A stretch of 64,000 bases of DNA from Candidatus Latescibacterota bacterium (GCA_965215195.1 CBDCDC010000002.1:864001-928000), one strand, 5' to 3'. Numbered from the stretch's first letter, positions 1-9,457 are shown. The notes: generated by a model from the letters alone, not told the origin. Made by a program: numbers and translations.

Positions 1-526
1 TCGTGCTCAAATCGCCGAAGGTGAAATTCGGATCGACGATGATGCCGTAGTCCGGGCCGGCCGCTTGGGTCATCAGCTCAACGGTCTCGACGATGTTCCA
101 AGGCCGCGCCTTGAGCTTGTGGGTCTTGAACCCGCGCTTGGCCCCTTCCTCGGCCATGGCGGCGAATTCGCGCGGCTCCAGCGGCGGCGACCACCAGCCC
201 ACCGGCACCCGGTCCCAGTGCTTGGAGCCCATGAGCCGCCAAGCCGGCACCCCGAGGGCCTTGCCGACGATGTCGTACAGGGCCATGATCATGGCCCCGC
301 CCTTGTCGCCCAAATTGACCTGCATGGGATTGACCCCGAGCCACTCGGCCTCCAAGCTGGCCAGCGAGCCGCCGCGCCCGCCTTCGCCCACGCCGCAGAT
401 ACCCTCATCGGTATGCACTTTGATCAGGCTGATGGGCTGTTCCAAGTAATGGCCGGGGCGACTTTTTTCAATGGCGGGGATATGCGGCACCGCGGTGACG
501 AACTCTTCGATCTGGGTGATTTTCAC
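1..526 (-). CDS. Mandelate racemase/muconate lactonizing (enolase superfamily) enzyme, 3' end runs off the window
   Basis: Not in the ORF track. Manual translation from GTG at 526 (GGGAGG RBS upstream) gives MKITQIEEFV...LIKVHTDEGICGVGE...MALYDIVGKALGVPAWRLMG...GFKTHKLKA, the MR/MLE N-terminal domain plus a KxK motif. Confidence 0.85.
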   Translation of the reverse strand, partial: MKITQIEEFVTAVPHIPAIEKSRPGHYLEQPISLIKVHTDEGICGVGEGGRGGSLASLEAEWLGVNPMQVNLGDKGGAMIMALYDIVGKALGVPAWRLMGSKHWDRVPVGWWSPPLEPREFAAMAEEGAKRGFKTHKLKARPWNIVETVELMTQAAGPDYGIIVDPNFTFGDLST

Positions 527-528
527 GA

Positions 529-1731
529 TTATACCTCCCTTAGCCAGTCCTCGGGGATGTCGATCCCAAAGCCGGGACCTTGGGGCAGGCCGAGCCGGCC
601 GTTTTGTGGCACGTTGGTCCCCGGCGGAACTTTGTAGTGTCGTTGCCCCCACTTTGAAGGCGTCCCAATATAGCACTCGGCCAACGGCACGCCGGGCAGC
701 GATCCGACGAAAAACTCGATCAGCGGGGTATTGGGCATGGCCGCTGTCCAGTGCTGGCCATAAGGGTCGTTGCCCCCGGTGTGCAGGCACATCTGGACGC
801 CTTGCGAATCGGCGAAATGGGCCAACTTCATGGCCTCGGTAAAGCCCCCGATCCAGTAGATATCGGCCTGGATCAAATCGACGAGCCGCTCCTGTACGGC
901 CCTCATGCCCGGATGGCGAGTGGACCAGTGCTCGCCATCGGCCAGCGTCTGCCAAGGTACGCGCTGGCGCAGGGCGCGGTGCCCCGCCCAGTCGTGGGGC
1001 ATCAGCATTTCCTCCATCCAGCGCATCCGATACGGCTCGAGGGCCTCGCAGAGGCGCACGGCAAAGTCGAGGTCAAAGGTCATCCAGCAATCGAGCATCA
1101 AGTCGGCGTCCGGGCCGATTAACTCGCGGCACTTGGCCATCAACTCAACCGTGCCGTCGATTCCGGCTTGGCCATCAACGGGTCCGTAGGGACGGGCCAG
1201 CTTGAATTTTTTGAAGCCCAACTCCAAGTACCAATCCACGTCGTTGCCGGTGGCATAGGCTTCCATCTGGGTGCGCTGCGGGCCTCCGGCCAGCCGATAG
1301 ACGGGCTGGTCGAGGGTTTTGCCCCACAGGTCCCACAGCGCCAGATCGACCCCGGCGACCGCCCGCGCCGTAAGCCCTTCGTTGCCAAAGGACAGCGTCC
1401 CCCGCCACATGCGATCGTTGCACCGATCGATGGCCCCCACTTCTTGCCCGACGACTAGGGGGGCTAGGCACTCGGCGATGATCGGCTGGGTCGCATGAGC
1501 CGAATCCGTGCGGCCCAAGCCAAAGGTGCCGTCCTCGGCGATGGCCTTGACCCAGATCTCCCCGCCCGGCTTGGGCATGATCCGCTCCTCGGGCGCGAAT
1601 TTATCCATCGGCGTGGCCTGCTTAGGTGCCCAAAGCCACGTCTGCTCGCGCCGCGGCCGGGTGCCCTCCGCGCTCGGCCGCGGCGGCGACAATTCAAAGG
1701 TTTGGATAGCAGCTATTTTCTTGGCGCACAA
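529..1731 (-). CDS. Enolase-superfamily acid-sugar dehydratase (L-rhamnonate dehydratase-like)
   Basis: AGVDLALWDLWGK..QPVYRLAGG, YATGND, KFKL, MLDCWM, WMEE and GEH motifs. Start uncertain (TTG 1731 chosen; ORF extends to 1785). Confidence 0.85.
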   Translation of the reverse strand: MCAKKIAAIQTFELSPPRPSAEGTRPRREQTWLWAPKQATPMDKFAPEERIMPKPGGEIWVKAIAEDGTFGLGRTDSAHATQPIIAECLAPLVVGQEVGAIDRCNDRMWRGTLSFGNEGLTARAVAGVDLALWDLWGKTLDQPVYRLAGGPQRTQMEAYATGNDVDWYLELGFKKFKLARPYGPVDGQAGIDGTVELMAKCRELIGPDADLMLDCWMTFDLDFAVRLCEALEPYRMRWMEEMLMPHDWAGHRALRQRVPWQTLADGEHWSTRHPGMRAVQERLVDLIQADIYWIGGFTEAMKLAHFADSQGVQMCLHTGGNDPYGQHWTAAMPNTPLIEFFVGSLPGVPLAECYIGTPSKWGQRHYKVPPGTNVPQNGRLGLPQGPGFGIDIPEDWLREV

Positions 1732-1762
1732 ACTCCCCGTCCTCTCAGGAAAGAATCCATAG

Positions 1763-2221
1763 TCAAGCATTGCATGGCTCTTCACCTTGAGCCGTCATGG
1801 ACGCATTACCGTCATCGGGCAAATCCAAGAGCCTTTTGATCGCGGCGACCACAAAGTTCGCATCCTGCGCCGCCTGCCGTGCATCTTCTCTAGTGTACTT
1901 GTGCTCCAAATAAAACGCCGGTGCCCGAGCCTGCGCTAGCCATAGGGAAATCTCTTCGATTCGGTCTAGTTCCTGAGTATCTGCGGATTCCCGCTTCTGC
2001 CGGAATTGCTCGGAAAACACCGGGGCAACATCGTGTACTTTGGGATAATCTACACCCAGCACTTTTAGGCCCCCCTTTAGGGCAAGCTCGACGACTTCCT
2101 GAGATCGCCGCACGGCCAGATTGGAGTCCTCTTCTTGCAGGGCACCTTGAACATCGCGCAGGTAGATGCGTTCACCTTCGGCGATTAGCTGCTTGCCAGT
2201 CGCTTGGAGGCTGTCCTTCAT
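1763..2221 (-). CDS. HEPN domain protein
   Basis: From ATG 2221: AVRRSQEVVELALKG...DYPKVHDV...ARAPAFY (R-x4-Y)...YTREDARQA. Overlaps the upstream nucleotidyltransferase stop (ATGA). Confidence 0.85.
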   Translation of the reverse strand: MKDSLQATGKQLIAEGERIYLRDVQGALQEEDSNLAVRRSQEVVELALKGGLKVLGVDYPKVHDVAPVFSEQFRQKRESADTQELDRIEEISLWLAQARAPAFYLEHKYTREDARQAAQDANFVVAAIKRLLDLPDDGNASMTAQGEEPCNA

Positions 2222-2745
2222 AACACCAATACCTCGTCCGGTTTCAGATCTGGTTTTAAGTCCCAGTACCAGCCGCTGTCGCGCCGGATTTTTCGCGCAC
2301 CCAATTGCCGCAGCCTGTCCTGTAACTTGTCTAAGCGATGGCGAAAAAAATGCCCTCGATCTAGGAGAATCCGCGCCTCTTCGATCATGTCTAGGTAGAG
2401 CGGCAGGTTTTGGTCTGCCTCTTCTCGCGAGAGAATGACGACGTTGGGGGAAGGAAAAATGTGTTGCGCAACTAGTTCCGCCCAGCAGGCTTGGCACCGC
2501 AGATGTCGCAAGAGAGGCAGCAACAACTGAACCCGTTCGCGAAAGACCGGAGGAGCCTTTTCCAGCACGAGCAGCAAATCCACATCGCTTTCCGTTGTCG
2601 CGTTGCCGCGAGCCACAGACCCATAGAGGACAACGGAAAGGACCGCACCACCCAGTGCCTCTTGGACCGAGGCAACGAAGCAGTCAAGCAACGGCTTATA
2701 GGTTGGGTAGCCGAATTTGGCCGCCTCGACAGCTACGACTTTCAC
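2218..2745 (-). CDS. Minimal nucleotidyltransferase (MNT) domain protein
   Basis: VVLYGSVARGNATTESDVDLLLV = GS-x10-DxD. GTG start at 2745 follows AGGAGG. Confidence 0.9.
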   Translation of the reverse strand: MKVVAVEAAKFGYPTYKPLLDCFVASVQEALGGAVLSVVLYGSVARGNATTESDVDLLLVLEKAPPVFRERVQLLLPLLRHLRCQACWAELVAQHIFPSPNVVILSREEADQNLPLYLDMIEEARILLDRGHFFRHRLDKLQDRLRQLGARKIRRDSGWYWDLKPDLKPDEVLVL

Positions 2746-2786
2746 GGCTTGCCTCCTGAAGTTAGGTTGGTGCATCTATTTGCTGC

Positions 2787-3815
2787 TTACAGTTCGAGTT
2801 GGCAGCCTCGTTCAGCCGCCTCGTACGCCGCCTCGACAAAGCGCATGGCCTGCAAGGCATCGTCGCCATGGGTGATAAAAGCACCCCGCCCGCGGCTGGC
2901 GGCGACAAAGTCGGCGATAAAACCCAACCCGGCCGCCCCCCCGTACCCGGGGGCCTCGCCGACCGAGAGGTCGAATTGGCGGTACTCGTCCTCGGCCCAG
3001 CCCTCGGCTTGGCTCTGGACGATGAGCCGGTCGCCGCGTCCATCCCAATTTTGCATCACCCAAGTCGCATCCCCTGCGGTTCCCCTGAAACACAAGTAGA
3101 TATCGCCGTAGCGGCGCGGCAGGACATAGCCGGCGTGCAGGCTGCCTAGCGCACCGTTGTCCATGCGGAACGAGGCGGCGAGCACGTCCTCGACGTCGAT
3201 GCCGGTGCCGCTCAGGGTCGCCTTGTGGGCGCTGACGCTCCGGTATTCTAAGCCGCTGATATAGCGGATTAGATCGACCGTGTGGATCGCCAGCCAGTGT
3301 AGGATCCCCCCGCCCGCTTGAGCGCGGTCAAAGAGCCAGTGGTCCGGGTTGCGCTGCTGCACGGTGCTGGTGACCATCCGCCCCTCAATGGAGACGATGC
3401 GGCCCAAGACGCCGGCCGCGATGAGTTGACGCGTCTTGTCGGCAATCGGATGGCAGCGGTTCAAAAAAGCCGTCGCCCACAAGACCTGCTGGGCGGCCGC
3501 TATTTCGTTGAGACGGGCGATGGCAGTGGCCGTGCGGGCGACCGGCTTTTCGGCAATGGTCGGCACGCCGGCCTGCAAAAGCTGGGCGATGAGGGCGGGC
3601 GCTTGGTCGTTGCGCGTACATACTATGGCTAATCCCAGCTTCTCGCCCGCCAGCAGCGCGTCTAGGTTGCCATATACCTGATCGACGCCGGTACATTCTT
3701 CGGCCGCGCAGACGACCAACCGGCCCACGGCCGCGCAGTGCTGTAGCGAGGTCAGCCAACCCTTGCTGTGGGGATTGTCCAGCCCGACGAGGGCCGCGCA
3801 TACTTTATCCGTCAT
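2787..3815 (-). CDS. Gfo/Idh/MocA family oxidoreductase
   Basis: EKP motif, AGGGILHWLAIHTVD, DVED. Start moved to MTDKV at 3815. Confidence 0.9.
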   Translation of the reverse strand: MTDKVCAALVGLDNPHSKGWLTSLQHCAAVGRLVVCAAEECTGVDQVYGNLDALLAGEKLGLAIVCTRNDQAPALIAQLLQAGVPTIAEKPVARTATAIARLNEIAAAQQVLWATAFLNRCHPIADKTRQLIAAGVLGRIVSIEGRMVTSTVQQRNPDHWLFDRAQAGGGILHWLAIHTVDLIRYISGLEYRSVSAHKATLSGTGIDVEDVLAASFRMDNGALGSLHAGYVLPRRYGDIYLCFRGTAGDATWVMQNWDGRGDRLIVQSQAEGWAEDEYRQFDLSVGEAPGYGGAAGLGFIADFVAASRGRGAFITHGDDALQAMRFVEAAYEAAERGCQLEL

Positions 3816-4791
3816 GGTACTCCACCACCTTTCCCTCCCGCGCCGAGCGGTAGATGTTTTCCAACAGGGCCACCGTGCGCCGGCCCTCGCGGCCATCGAC
3901 CCGCAGTGCCGTCCCGTTCTCTAGGGCCGATACCACGTCCTCGACGACATTGGTCCGGGGATTGTGCATGGCCAGCAGCTTCTCCTCCAAGCCGTCGCCA
4001 AAGACGCGCATCTCGCCCGACAGCACCGCATCGAGCAACACCCCGCCCTCGCTGCCGTGGACCTCGGCGCTAAAGTAAGGGCTGGCCGGGAAGGTCGTCG
4101 TGCCCAAGATGCCCCCTTTGGCCCCGCTCGCGAAATTCAAGATGGCCTGGCCAATATCCTCGGTCTCAATGTCGTGGTTCATAATTGCCGTCTCGCCATA
4201 GACGGTCTTGGGCACACCCATGAACCACAGCAGGAGATCGATCAGGTGCGACCCTTGGTTGGCCAGCGACCCGCCCCCGTCCATGGCCCAAGTGCCGCGC
4301 CAGCCGCCGCCGTGCTCAAAGTACTCCTGAGAGCGAAACCACTTAAAGCGCACCTCGCCCAGAATCGGCCGGCCCAACAGGCCCTGCTTGAGGGCCTCGG
4401 CCACGCGGTAATTGTTGTCGACGTAGCGGCTTTGGTAATCAACGCCGAGCAAAAGGCCGCCCTCGTCAGCCGCGGCGATCAGCTCGTCGCAGGCTTTGGT
4501 GCTGACGTCCATGGGCTTGGTGGTGATTACGTGCTTGCCGGCATGGAGCACCTCAACGCCTATTGGGGCGTGCAGTCCGCTCGGGGTCATTACCAGCACC
4601 ACATCCACATCGCCCCGCCCCAGTGCGTCTTCCAAGCGGACGCACCACGAACAGCCCATTTCCGCGCCTACTTGGCGGGCCAAGTCCTCGTTGAGATCGA
4701 CGACTACGCGCAACTCGGCTCCTTCGGTCTCGGCCACTTGCCGGGCGCGATTGCGCCCCATGCCCAGCCCTACAACAGCAAATCCGATCAT
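3805..4791 (-). CDS. Gfo/Idh/MocA family oxidoreductase
   Basis: N-terminal GFAVVGLGMG, TPSGLH, GKHVITTKP, WRGTWAMDGGGSLANQGSHLID. Confidence 0.92.
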   Translation of the reverse strand: MIGFAVVGLGMGRNRARQVAETEGAELRVVVDLNEDLARQVGAEMGCSWCVRLEDALGRGDVDVVLVMTPSGLHAPIGVEVLHAGKHVITTKPMDVSTKACDELIAAADEGGLLLGVDYQSRYVDNNYRVAEALKQGLLGRPILGEVRFKWFRSQEYFEHGGGWRGTWAMDGGGSLANQGSHLIDLLLWFMGVPKTVYGETAIMNHDIETEDIGQAILNFASGAKGGILGTTTFPASPYFSAEVHGSEGGVLLDAVLSGEMRVFGDGLEEKLLAMHNPRTNVVEDVVSALENGTALRVDGREGRRTVALLENIYRSAREGKVVEYHDG

Positions 4792-4795
4792 TTTG

Positions 4796-5461
4796 CTAGC
4801 TCCTTTTAGGATCTAATTCAACAAGGCGTCTATCTGCCAGCCTCTCAAGGCGTTTTGCCTGAGTTAGAAGGGTTTGACGCAACCCCGACGAAACGTTCCT
4901 CTCGCTTATGAGCCGGGCCAAGCTGGCGATCGTACTGGCCCTTCTTGCTATTCTAATATCTGGATGTTGCTCCCTAGCGTAGATATGCGCTGGTATTATC
5001 TTGGCCCGGTGCGATTCGGGTAGCTCAATTTGGTCCGTCGGCTGTATATCTTCCTCATTGAGAATCGCACCAACAGCAGATTCTTGCAGGAGCTTCTGGA
5101 ATACGGTGTATTCCGCTTTGTCCATGAGGAGTTTGGCCGCTCTTTTCTCTTCATTCGTCTTTTGCACAATGCCAAAGAAGGGCCAAACTTCCACTTCGGC
5201 TACTTCTACAGGGTCGAGGACGAATTTACCCACTGCATCACTCCTTCTTCCCGTAAGATGGCGACCAATCCGCCCCCGGACCTCCTCAACGGTCTGCCCT
5301 ACATAAATAGGCTCATCCTCATAGTCGTAGAATGCGTAGATACCACAAAGGGCATTGCCAATTTTGCGTCCCTGCTCGTCTTCGGTGTCGTAAAATTTCT
5401 TTATCTCTTTTTCAATGTCCCTGACATCTTGTGGAGACGATTGCTTGATTCTTTGAGCCAT
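4796..5461 (-). CDS. GIY-YIG nuclease, probable restriction endonuclease
   Basis: CGIYAFY...PIYVGQT...RIGRH motif. Start overlaps the methyltransferase stop (TAATG). Confidence 0.8.
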   Translation of the reverse strand: MAQRIKQSSPQDVRDIEKEIKKFYDTEDEQGRKIGNALCGIYAFYDYEDEPIYVGQTVEEVRGRIGRHLTGRRSDAVGKFVLDPVEVAEVEVWPFFGIVQKTNEEKRAAKLLMDKAEYTVFQKLLQESAVGAILNEEDIQPTDQIELPESHRAKIIPAHIYAREQHPDIRIARRASTIASLARLISERNVSSGLRQTLLTQAKRLERLADRRLVELDPKRS

Positions 5462-6582
5462 TATACTTCTACCTCACTCAGCTCATCAACAACCGGATTG
5501 AGATAATATCGGGCTATCCACTCAATGGCCGATACGCATACGGCGTCGCCAAAACCAAACAGTGCTCTGTTCACTGGTAGGTCTGGGCGGAGCGTAAATT
5601 CATCGGCCCCCATTAGGCGGGCGCATTCCCGCGGCGTAAGCAGACGGACTGCATACTTCCCGTTGCCTCCGCGAAAAAGGATCTGTCGGCCGCTGCCACC
5701 ACGCGGCGTTCTCAAACATCCGGCGATACCATCGGTGCGCAGTTCGGCCATGGATCGCTTGTTCCGCACCCGGCGAAAGACCGTGCCATAGGAATACTTT
5801 CTGCCAGCGATCATTTTTTCGGCTACTGCCCGGTGCCGTTGGCTCATCTGGTTCAGCAGGTACTCTGCTCGTTGTTTGCTCCACCATTCCTCGACATCAT
5901 CCGGCAAATTTTCGAGCACATCTTCGAGCGGCTGGTCGTTGCCGGTAATTTCTGGTAGCTGTCTAATATGCCATGCCAGTTCAGGGTGTGTAGCGATAAA
6001 ATGGGCGAGGGACTTGGGCCGAATTTGGCTTTCTATGAGGGCCTGTTCGAGCAGGGCAGGGCCTTTTCGTTCGCCCTGAACACCCACCACAAAGAGCCTC
6101 TGCCGACTTTGCGGAACAAACCACGCCGCATTGAGAATAAAGGCATCCACCTGATAGTCTAGATCGTTGAGGGCCTGTAATGCACAGCGCAAATCCTCGC
6201 CTTGGTGGGAGGTCAAAAAGCCGGTGACGTTTTCCAAAAGCACGATAGCGGGCCGGCGCTCGTCCATTTCTTTCAAGCTCTTCACAAAACCCCAAAAGGC
6301 AGAGGACGCTTTGCCGTTTAGACCACGTCGGGCCCCGGCAAGAGACAGATCATTGCAGGGAAAAGAGGCCGTCGCCAGAGCAACCGACGGCAGCCTAGCC
6401 CCTTCTTGGTTGTGGATATCTCCGACGATGAAATGCTCGTCGGCATCCGCGAAGTGGGCCTTGTACATCGCATACTTTTCCTCGTCGATATCGTTGGCCC
6501 AAGATATAGCCCACCCTTGACGCTCAAGACCCATTCTCATCAAGCCGATACCAGCAAAAAACTCGGCAAATGTTTTTTTCAT
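5461..6582 (-). CDS. DNA (cytosine-5)-methyltransferase
   Basis: Motif I EFFAGIG, motif IV SFPCNDLS, motif VI LLENV, motif VIII PQSRQRLF, motifs IX/X RLLTPRECARLMG and FGDAV. Confidence 0.95.
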   Translation of the reverse strand: MKKTFAEFFAGIGLMRMGLERQGWAISWANDIDEEKYAMYKAHFADADEHFIVGDIHNQEGARLPSVALATASFPCNDLSLAGARRGLNGKASSAFWGFVKSLKEMDERRPAIVLLENVTGFLTSHQGEDLRCALQALNDLDYQVDAFILNAAWFVPQSRQRLFVVGVQGERKGPALLEQALIESQIRPKSLAHFIATHPELAWHIRQLPEITGNDQPLEDVLENLPDDVEEWWSKQRAEYLLNQMSQRHRAVAEKMIAGRKYSYGTVFRRVRNKRSMAELRTDGIAGCLRTPRGGSGRQILFRGGNGKYAVRLLTPRECARLMGADEFTLRPDLPVNRALFGFGDAVCVSAIEWIARYYLNPVVDELSEVEV

Positions 6583-6636
6583 TGCGATCTCGCTCGCTCC
6601 TCTCTAATTGCTTGAACGGTGCTATTCGGCCGCGAC

Positions 6637-6697
6637 TTAGACCCAGTTCTCACATTGCAGTCCCCGAATCCGGCTGAACTCTCTCAGATTATTGCTC
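6637..6697 (-). pseudogene. vapC: vapC (PIN toxin) C-terminal remnant
   Basis: Minus-strand reading SNNLREFSRIRGLQCENWV* matches the typical VapC tail. The rest of the gene is absent. Confidence 0.75.
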
Positions 6698-6911
6698 GCA
6701 CAGATCCTCGCGGCTTTGGGGCGGGAGGTCTTCCCGGGTCGCCATAAAATCTTCGGAAGGGAGCGGCGTCTCCTTAAAGAAGGCATCCCAAGACAGCGGA
6801 CGAGGCGAGAGGATGATATTCTGGCCTTCTTTTCTGATCAATACTTCCGCGCCGGCAAAGCGAAATTCTTTAGGCAGCCGCACGGCTTGGCTTGGCAATT
6901 TTAGGTTTCAC
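6689..6911 (-). pseudogene. vapB: vapB AbrB/MazE-type antitoxin with 5' frameshifting deletion
   Basis: SQAVRLPKEFRF...VLIRKEGQNIILSP. The RBS-backed GTG at 6911 (GAGGAGG; MKPKIAK) is out of frame with the body; a TTG at 6898 is in frame. Confidence 0.75.
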
Positions 6912-6962
6912 GATAAAATCCTCCTCGTTGGCGTATATCAAAGGTATATACCTTGTCGCCCG

Positions 6963-8567
6963 TCAATCCTCCACCACGTGCAATCGCTGATTGGCAGCCA
7001 CATCCTCAAACACTTGCACCCCCCCGGCCGGCCAGTGAATTTCCAGCCGCTCGACGCGCTCGGCCGTTCCCAAGCCGAACACCGGGTCGCGCTGACTGGT
7101 CGAGAGAAAACCCGACCCTGCCTTCACCTCCCTGAGCTGCCGACGTCCGCCCGCCCATAGATACAGGCGGGCACCAATGCCGTCGCGATTGCTCTGCCGG
7201 CCCTGAAGCGCGACCGCGAGGTAGTTGCCCCCAGCACGGTCGTTGCGCAGCAGGGCGAAGCGGCGGCCGTTGTTGACGAGGGCAATGTCCAAGTCGCCAT
7301 CTTGGTCGATGTCCCCAAAGGAGGAGCCGCGCACCACGTACGCGGCTGCCAAACCCGGGCCGCTCTCGGCGGTCACTTCGCGGAAGACGCCCGCGCCTCC
7401 ATTGCGAAAGACCTGTGCCTGTTGCGCGTAGGTCACCAATTCGTCGTACGATTCAATGTTGTCGTGGACGTGGCCGTTGCCCACGAACAGGTCGAGGTGC
7501 CCGTCGTGGTCCGCGTCGAAGAACCCGGTGCCAAAACCAAGGTAGTTCAGGCTGAGGTCGCCGAGGCCGGCCTTGAAGCTGATCTCGGAGTAAAACGAGC
7601 CGTCGTTGCGATACAGTCCGTTGTTTTCCAACTGGTAGTTGGTGACGAACAGATCGAGGTCGCCGTCTTGGTCGATGTCGCCAGCATCGACGCCCATGCC
7701 CGCTTGGCTGGCCCCGTCTGCGCTCAGCGCGGTCCCGGCCAGCAAGCCGGTCTCGGCAAAGGTGCCGTCGACTTGGTTGACGTAGTGGAAATTGGGCGTC
7801 AAGTCATTGGCCACGTACAGGTCTGGGTCGCCATCGCCATCGAAGTCGCCAGCCACCGCGCCCAACCCATTGCCTTCGCGCACGATGCCCGCTTGGCGAC
7901 CAACCGCGGAAAAGACGCCGCGGCCCTCATTGCGGTAGAGGATATCCGCAGTCGAAGCAAAGACCCGCGGATCGCAGTAGAAGCGCAACCCCATGTCCTC
8001 GCGTCCGCACCAAGGCTGTTCACCCAAGGCAAAGCGGACGTATTGCGCGGCAAAGAGGTCGAGGTCGCCGTCGAGATCGTAGTCGAACGCAACCGCGCTA
8101 GTGGTCCATCCGGCGTGCCCGAGGCCGGCCGCGGCCGTCGCATCGACATAGCCGCTCCCTGCGCGTCGGTAGAACTGGTCCGGCCCCCACGCCGTCAGGT
8201 AGAGGTCTGGGCGGCCGTCGCCATCGTAGTCGGCCGCGGTCACCCCCATGCCATAGGAGGTGCCGGGTGCGCCGGCTGCGCCATGTACCCGAGCAAAGGC
8301 GCGGCCGTCGTTGCGAAAGAGCTGGTTAGCGGCTGGGCCCCGCCCCCGCTCCATGTCTCCGCTGTTGACCAAGTACAAGTCCCAATCTCCGTCATTGTCG
8401 TAGTCGAGAAAGGCACTGCCAGCCCCATTGGTCTCGGGCAGGTTCTTCTCGGCCGAGGCCCCGTTGTGGTGGACGAAGTCAATGCCCAATTCGCCGGCTA
8501 CCTCCACGAAGTGGGGCTGCCCATAGGTAGCTGCCGACAGTAGGAGCACGAGGAGCAGGGCACCCAC
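6963..8567 (-). CDS. CRTAC1-like FG-GAP repeat protein with C-terminal ASPIC/UnbV domain
   Basis: Signal peptide; repeated D[YF]DxDGDxDL motifs; C-terminal SNRDGIGARL...GSGFLS...FGLG...IHWP. Confidence 0.92.
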   Translation of the reverse strand: MGALLLVLLLSAATYGQPHFVEVAGELGIDFVHHNGASAEKNLPETNGAGSAFLDYDNDGDWDLYLVNSGDMERGRGPAANQLFRNDGRAFARVHGAAGAPGTSYGMGVTAADYDGDGRPDLYLTAWGPDQFYRRAGSGYVDATAAAGLGHAGWTTSAVAFDYDLDGDLDLFAAQYVRFALGEQPWCGREDMGLRFYCDPRVFASTADILYRNEGRGVFSAVGRQAGIVREGNGLGAVAGDFDGDGDPDLYVANDLTPNFHYVNQVDGTFAETGLLAGTALSADGASQAGMGVDAGDIDQDGDLDLFVTNYQLENNGLYRNDGSFYSEISFKAGLGDLSLNYLGFGTGFFDADHDGHLDLFVGNGHVHDNIESYDELVTYAQQAQVFRNGGAGVFREVTAESGPGLAAAYVVRGSSFGDIDQDGDLDIALVNNGRRFALLRNDRAGGNYLAVALQGRQSNRDGIGARLYLWAGGRRQLREVKAGSGFLSTSQRDPVFGLGTAERVERLEIHWPAGGVQVFEDVAANQRLHVVED

Positions 8568-8570
8568 TGC

Positions 8571-9431
8571 CTATCCCCTGAGCAGCGGCTCAATATGGTC
8601 TTTGGCCCGCAACAAGCCTTCCTGTTGCAGCTCGGGCGTCTGCCAGAAATAGTGGTCTTCGAGTTCCACCGAGAGCACGCCGTCGTAGCCCATGTCCTCG
8701 AGCCGGCGCACCACAAAGTTCCAATCCACCTCGCCCTCCCCGGGGATGGTATAGCGCCACCAGCCCTCGCCGCACACGTAGGTCGAGCCGTATGCTTCGC
8801 CCAAGTTGCCGGATTCGTAGAGCTTTTCCGGCATGATCTCGGTGTCCTTGAGATGGACGTGCCGCACGCGGTCGCCAAACTCGTGCAAGAGCCGCTGATA
8901 GTCTATCTGCAAGCGCACGAAGTGGGAGGGATCGTAGCAGATGCCCAGCCGCGGCGACGGGCACGCCGCAAAAATCAAGCGCAAGCTCTCGGGCGAGCAG
9001 CCCAAATTGGGGTAGTGGGGCCGACCGCCCGGCCAAGGTTCGATGGCGATGTTGACGCCCACCTCCTCGGCGTGGGCCACGACCCGGGGATAGACCTCGG
9101 CAAAGATCTCAAAGGTCTCGGCTTTGGACATGCTGGGGTCGTCTGGGCCGAGCACGGTAAAGAGCGTGTGGCCGCCGTGCCGAGCGATTGCGCTCAAGCT
9201 GTTCTCGATCTCGGCTAAGCCCTTGCGGCGCTTGGCCGCGTCGCGGGTGAGGACTTGGCCGCCGCCATCCGAAGAGCCGATAGCCAAGCCTAGCTGCTCG
9301 CAGGTGCGGGCAATCTGCCGGGTCAAAGGCGGGGTATCGACCGCGCCAAAACCGTGCTCGGCCAACCACGCGGCATAGGCGTCAAAGCCGATCTGCTGGG
9401 AAAATGGGGGCATGCGGGTGCCGATTTTCAT
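8571..9431 (-). CDS. Sugar phosphate isomerase/epimerase (xylose isomerase-like TIM barrel)
   Basis: IAIEPWP, YDPSH, HVHLKD, PGEGEVDW, GYDGVLSVELED. Start moved to MKIG at 9431. Confidence 0.9.
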   Translation of the reverse strand: MKIGTRMPPFSQQIGFDAYAAWLAEHGFGAVDTPPLTRQIARTCEQLGLAIGSSDGGGQVLTRDAAKRRKGLAEIENSLSAIARHGGHTLFTVLGPDDPSMSKAETFEIFAEVYPRVVAHAEEVGVNIAIEPWPGGRPHYPNLGCSPESLRLIFAACPSPRLGICYDPSHFVRLQIDYQRLLHEFGDRVRHVHLKDTEIMPEKLYESGNLGEAYGSTYVCGEGWWRYTIPGEGEVDWNFVVRRLEDMGYDGVLSVELEDHYFWQTPELQQEGLLRAKDHIEPLLRG

Positions 9432-9457
9432 GGTGTGTTCCCTTCTCTTAGGTTGGA

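Noticed and set aside
1763-6960. Integron cassette array
   Set aside because: No attC-like inverted repeats or integrase seen, and most spacers are too short.
7302-8543. 413-aa plus-strand ORF and similar long alternative-frame ORFs
   Set aside because: Antisense to clearly recognisable genes; expected in GC-rich DNA.
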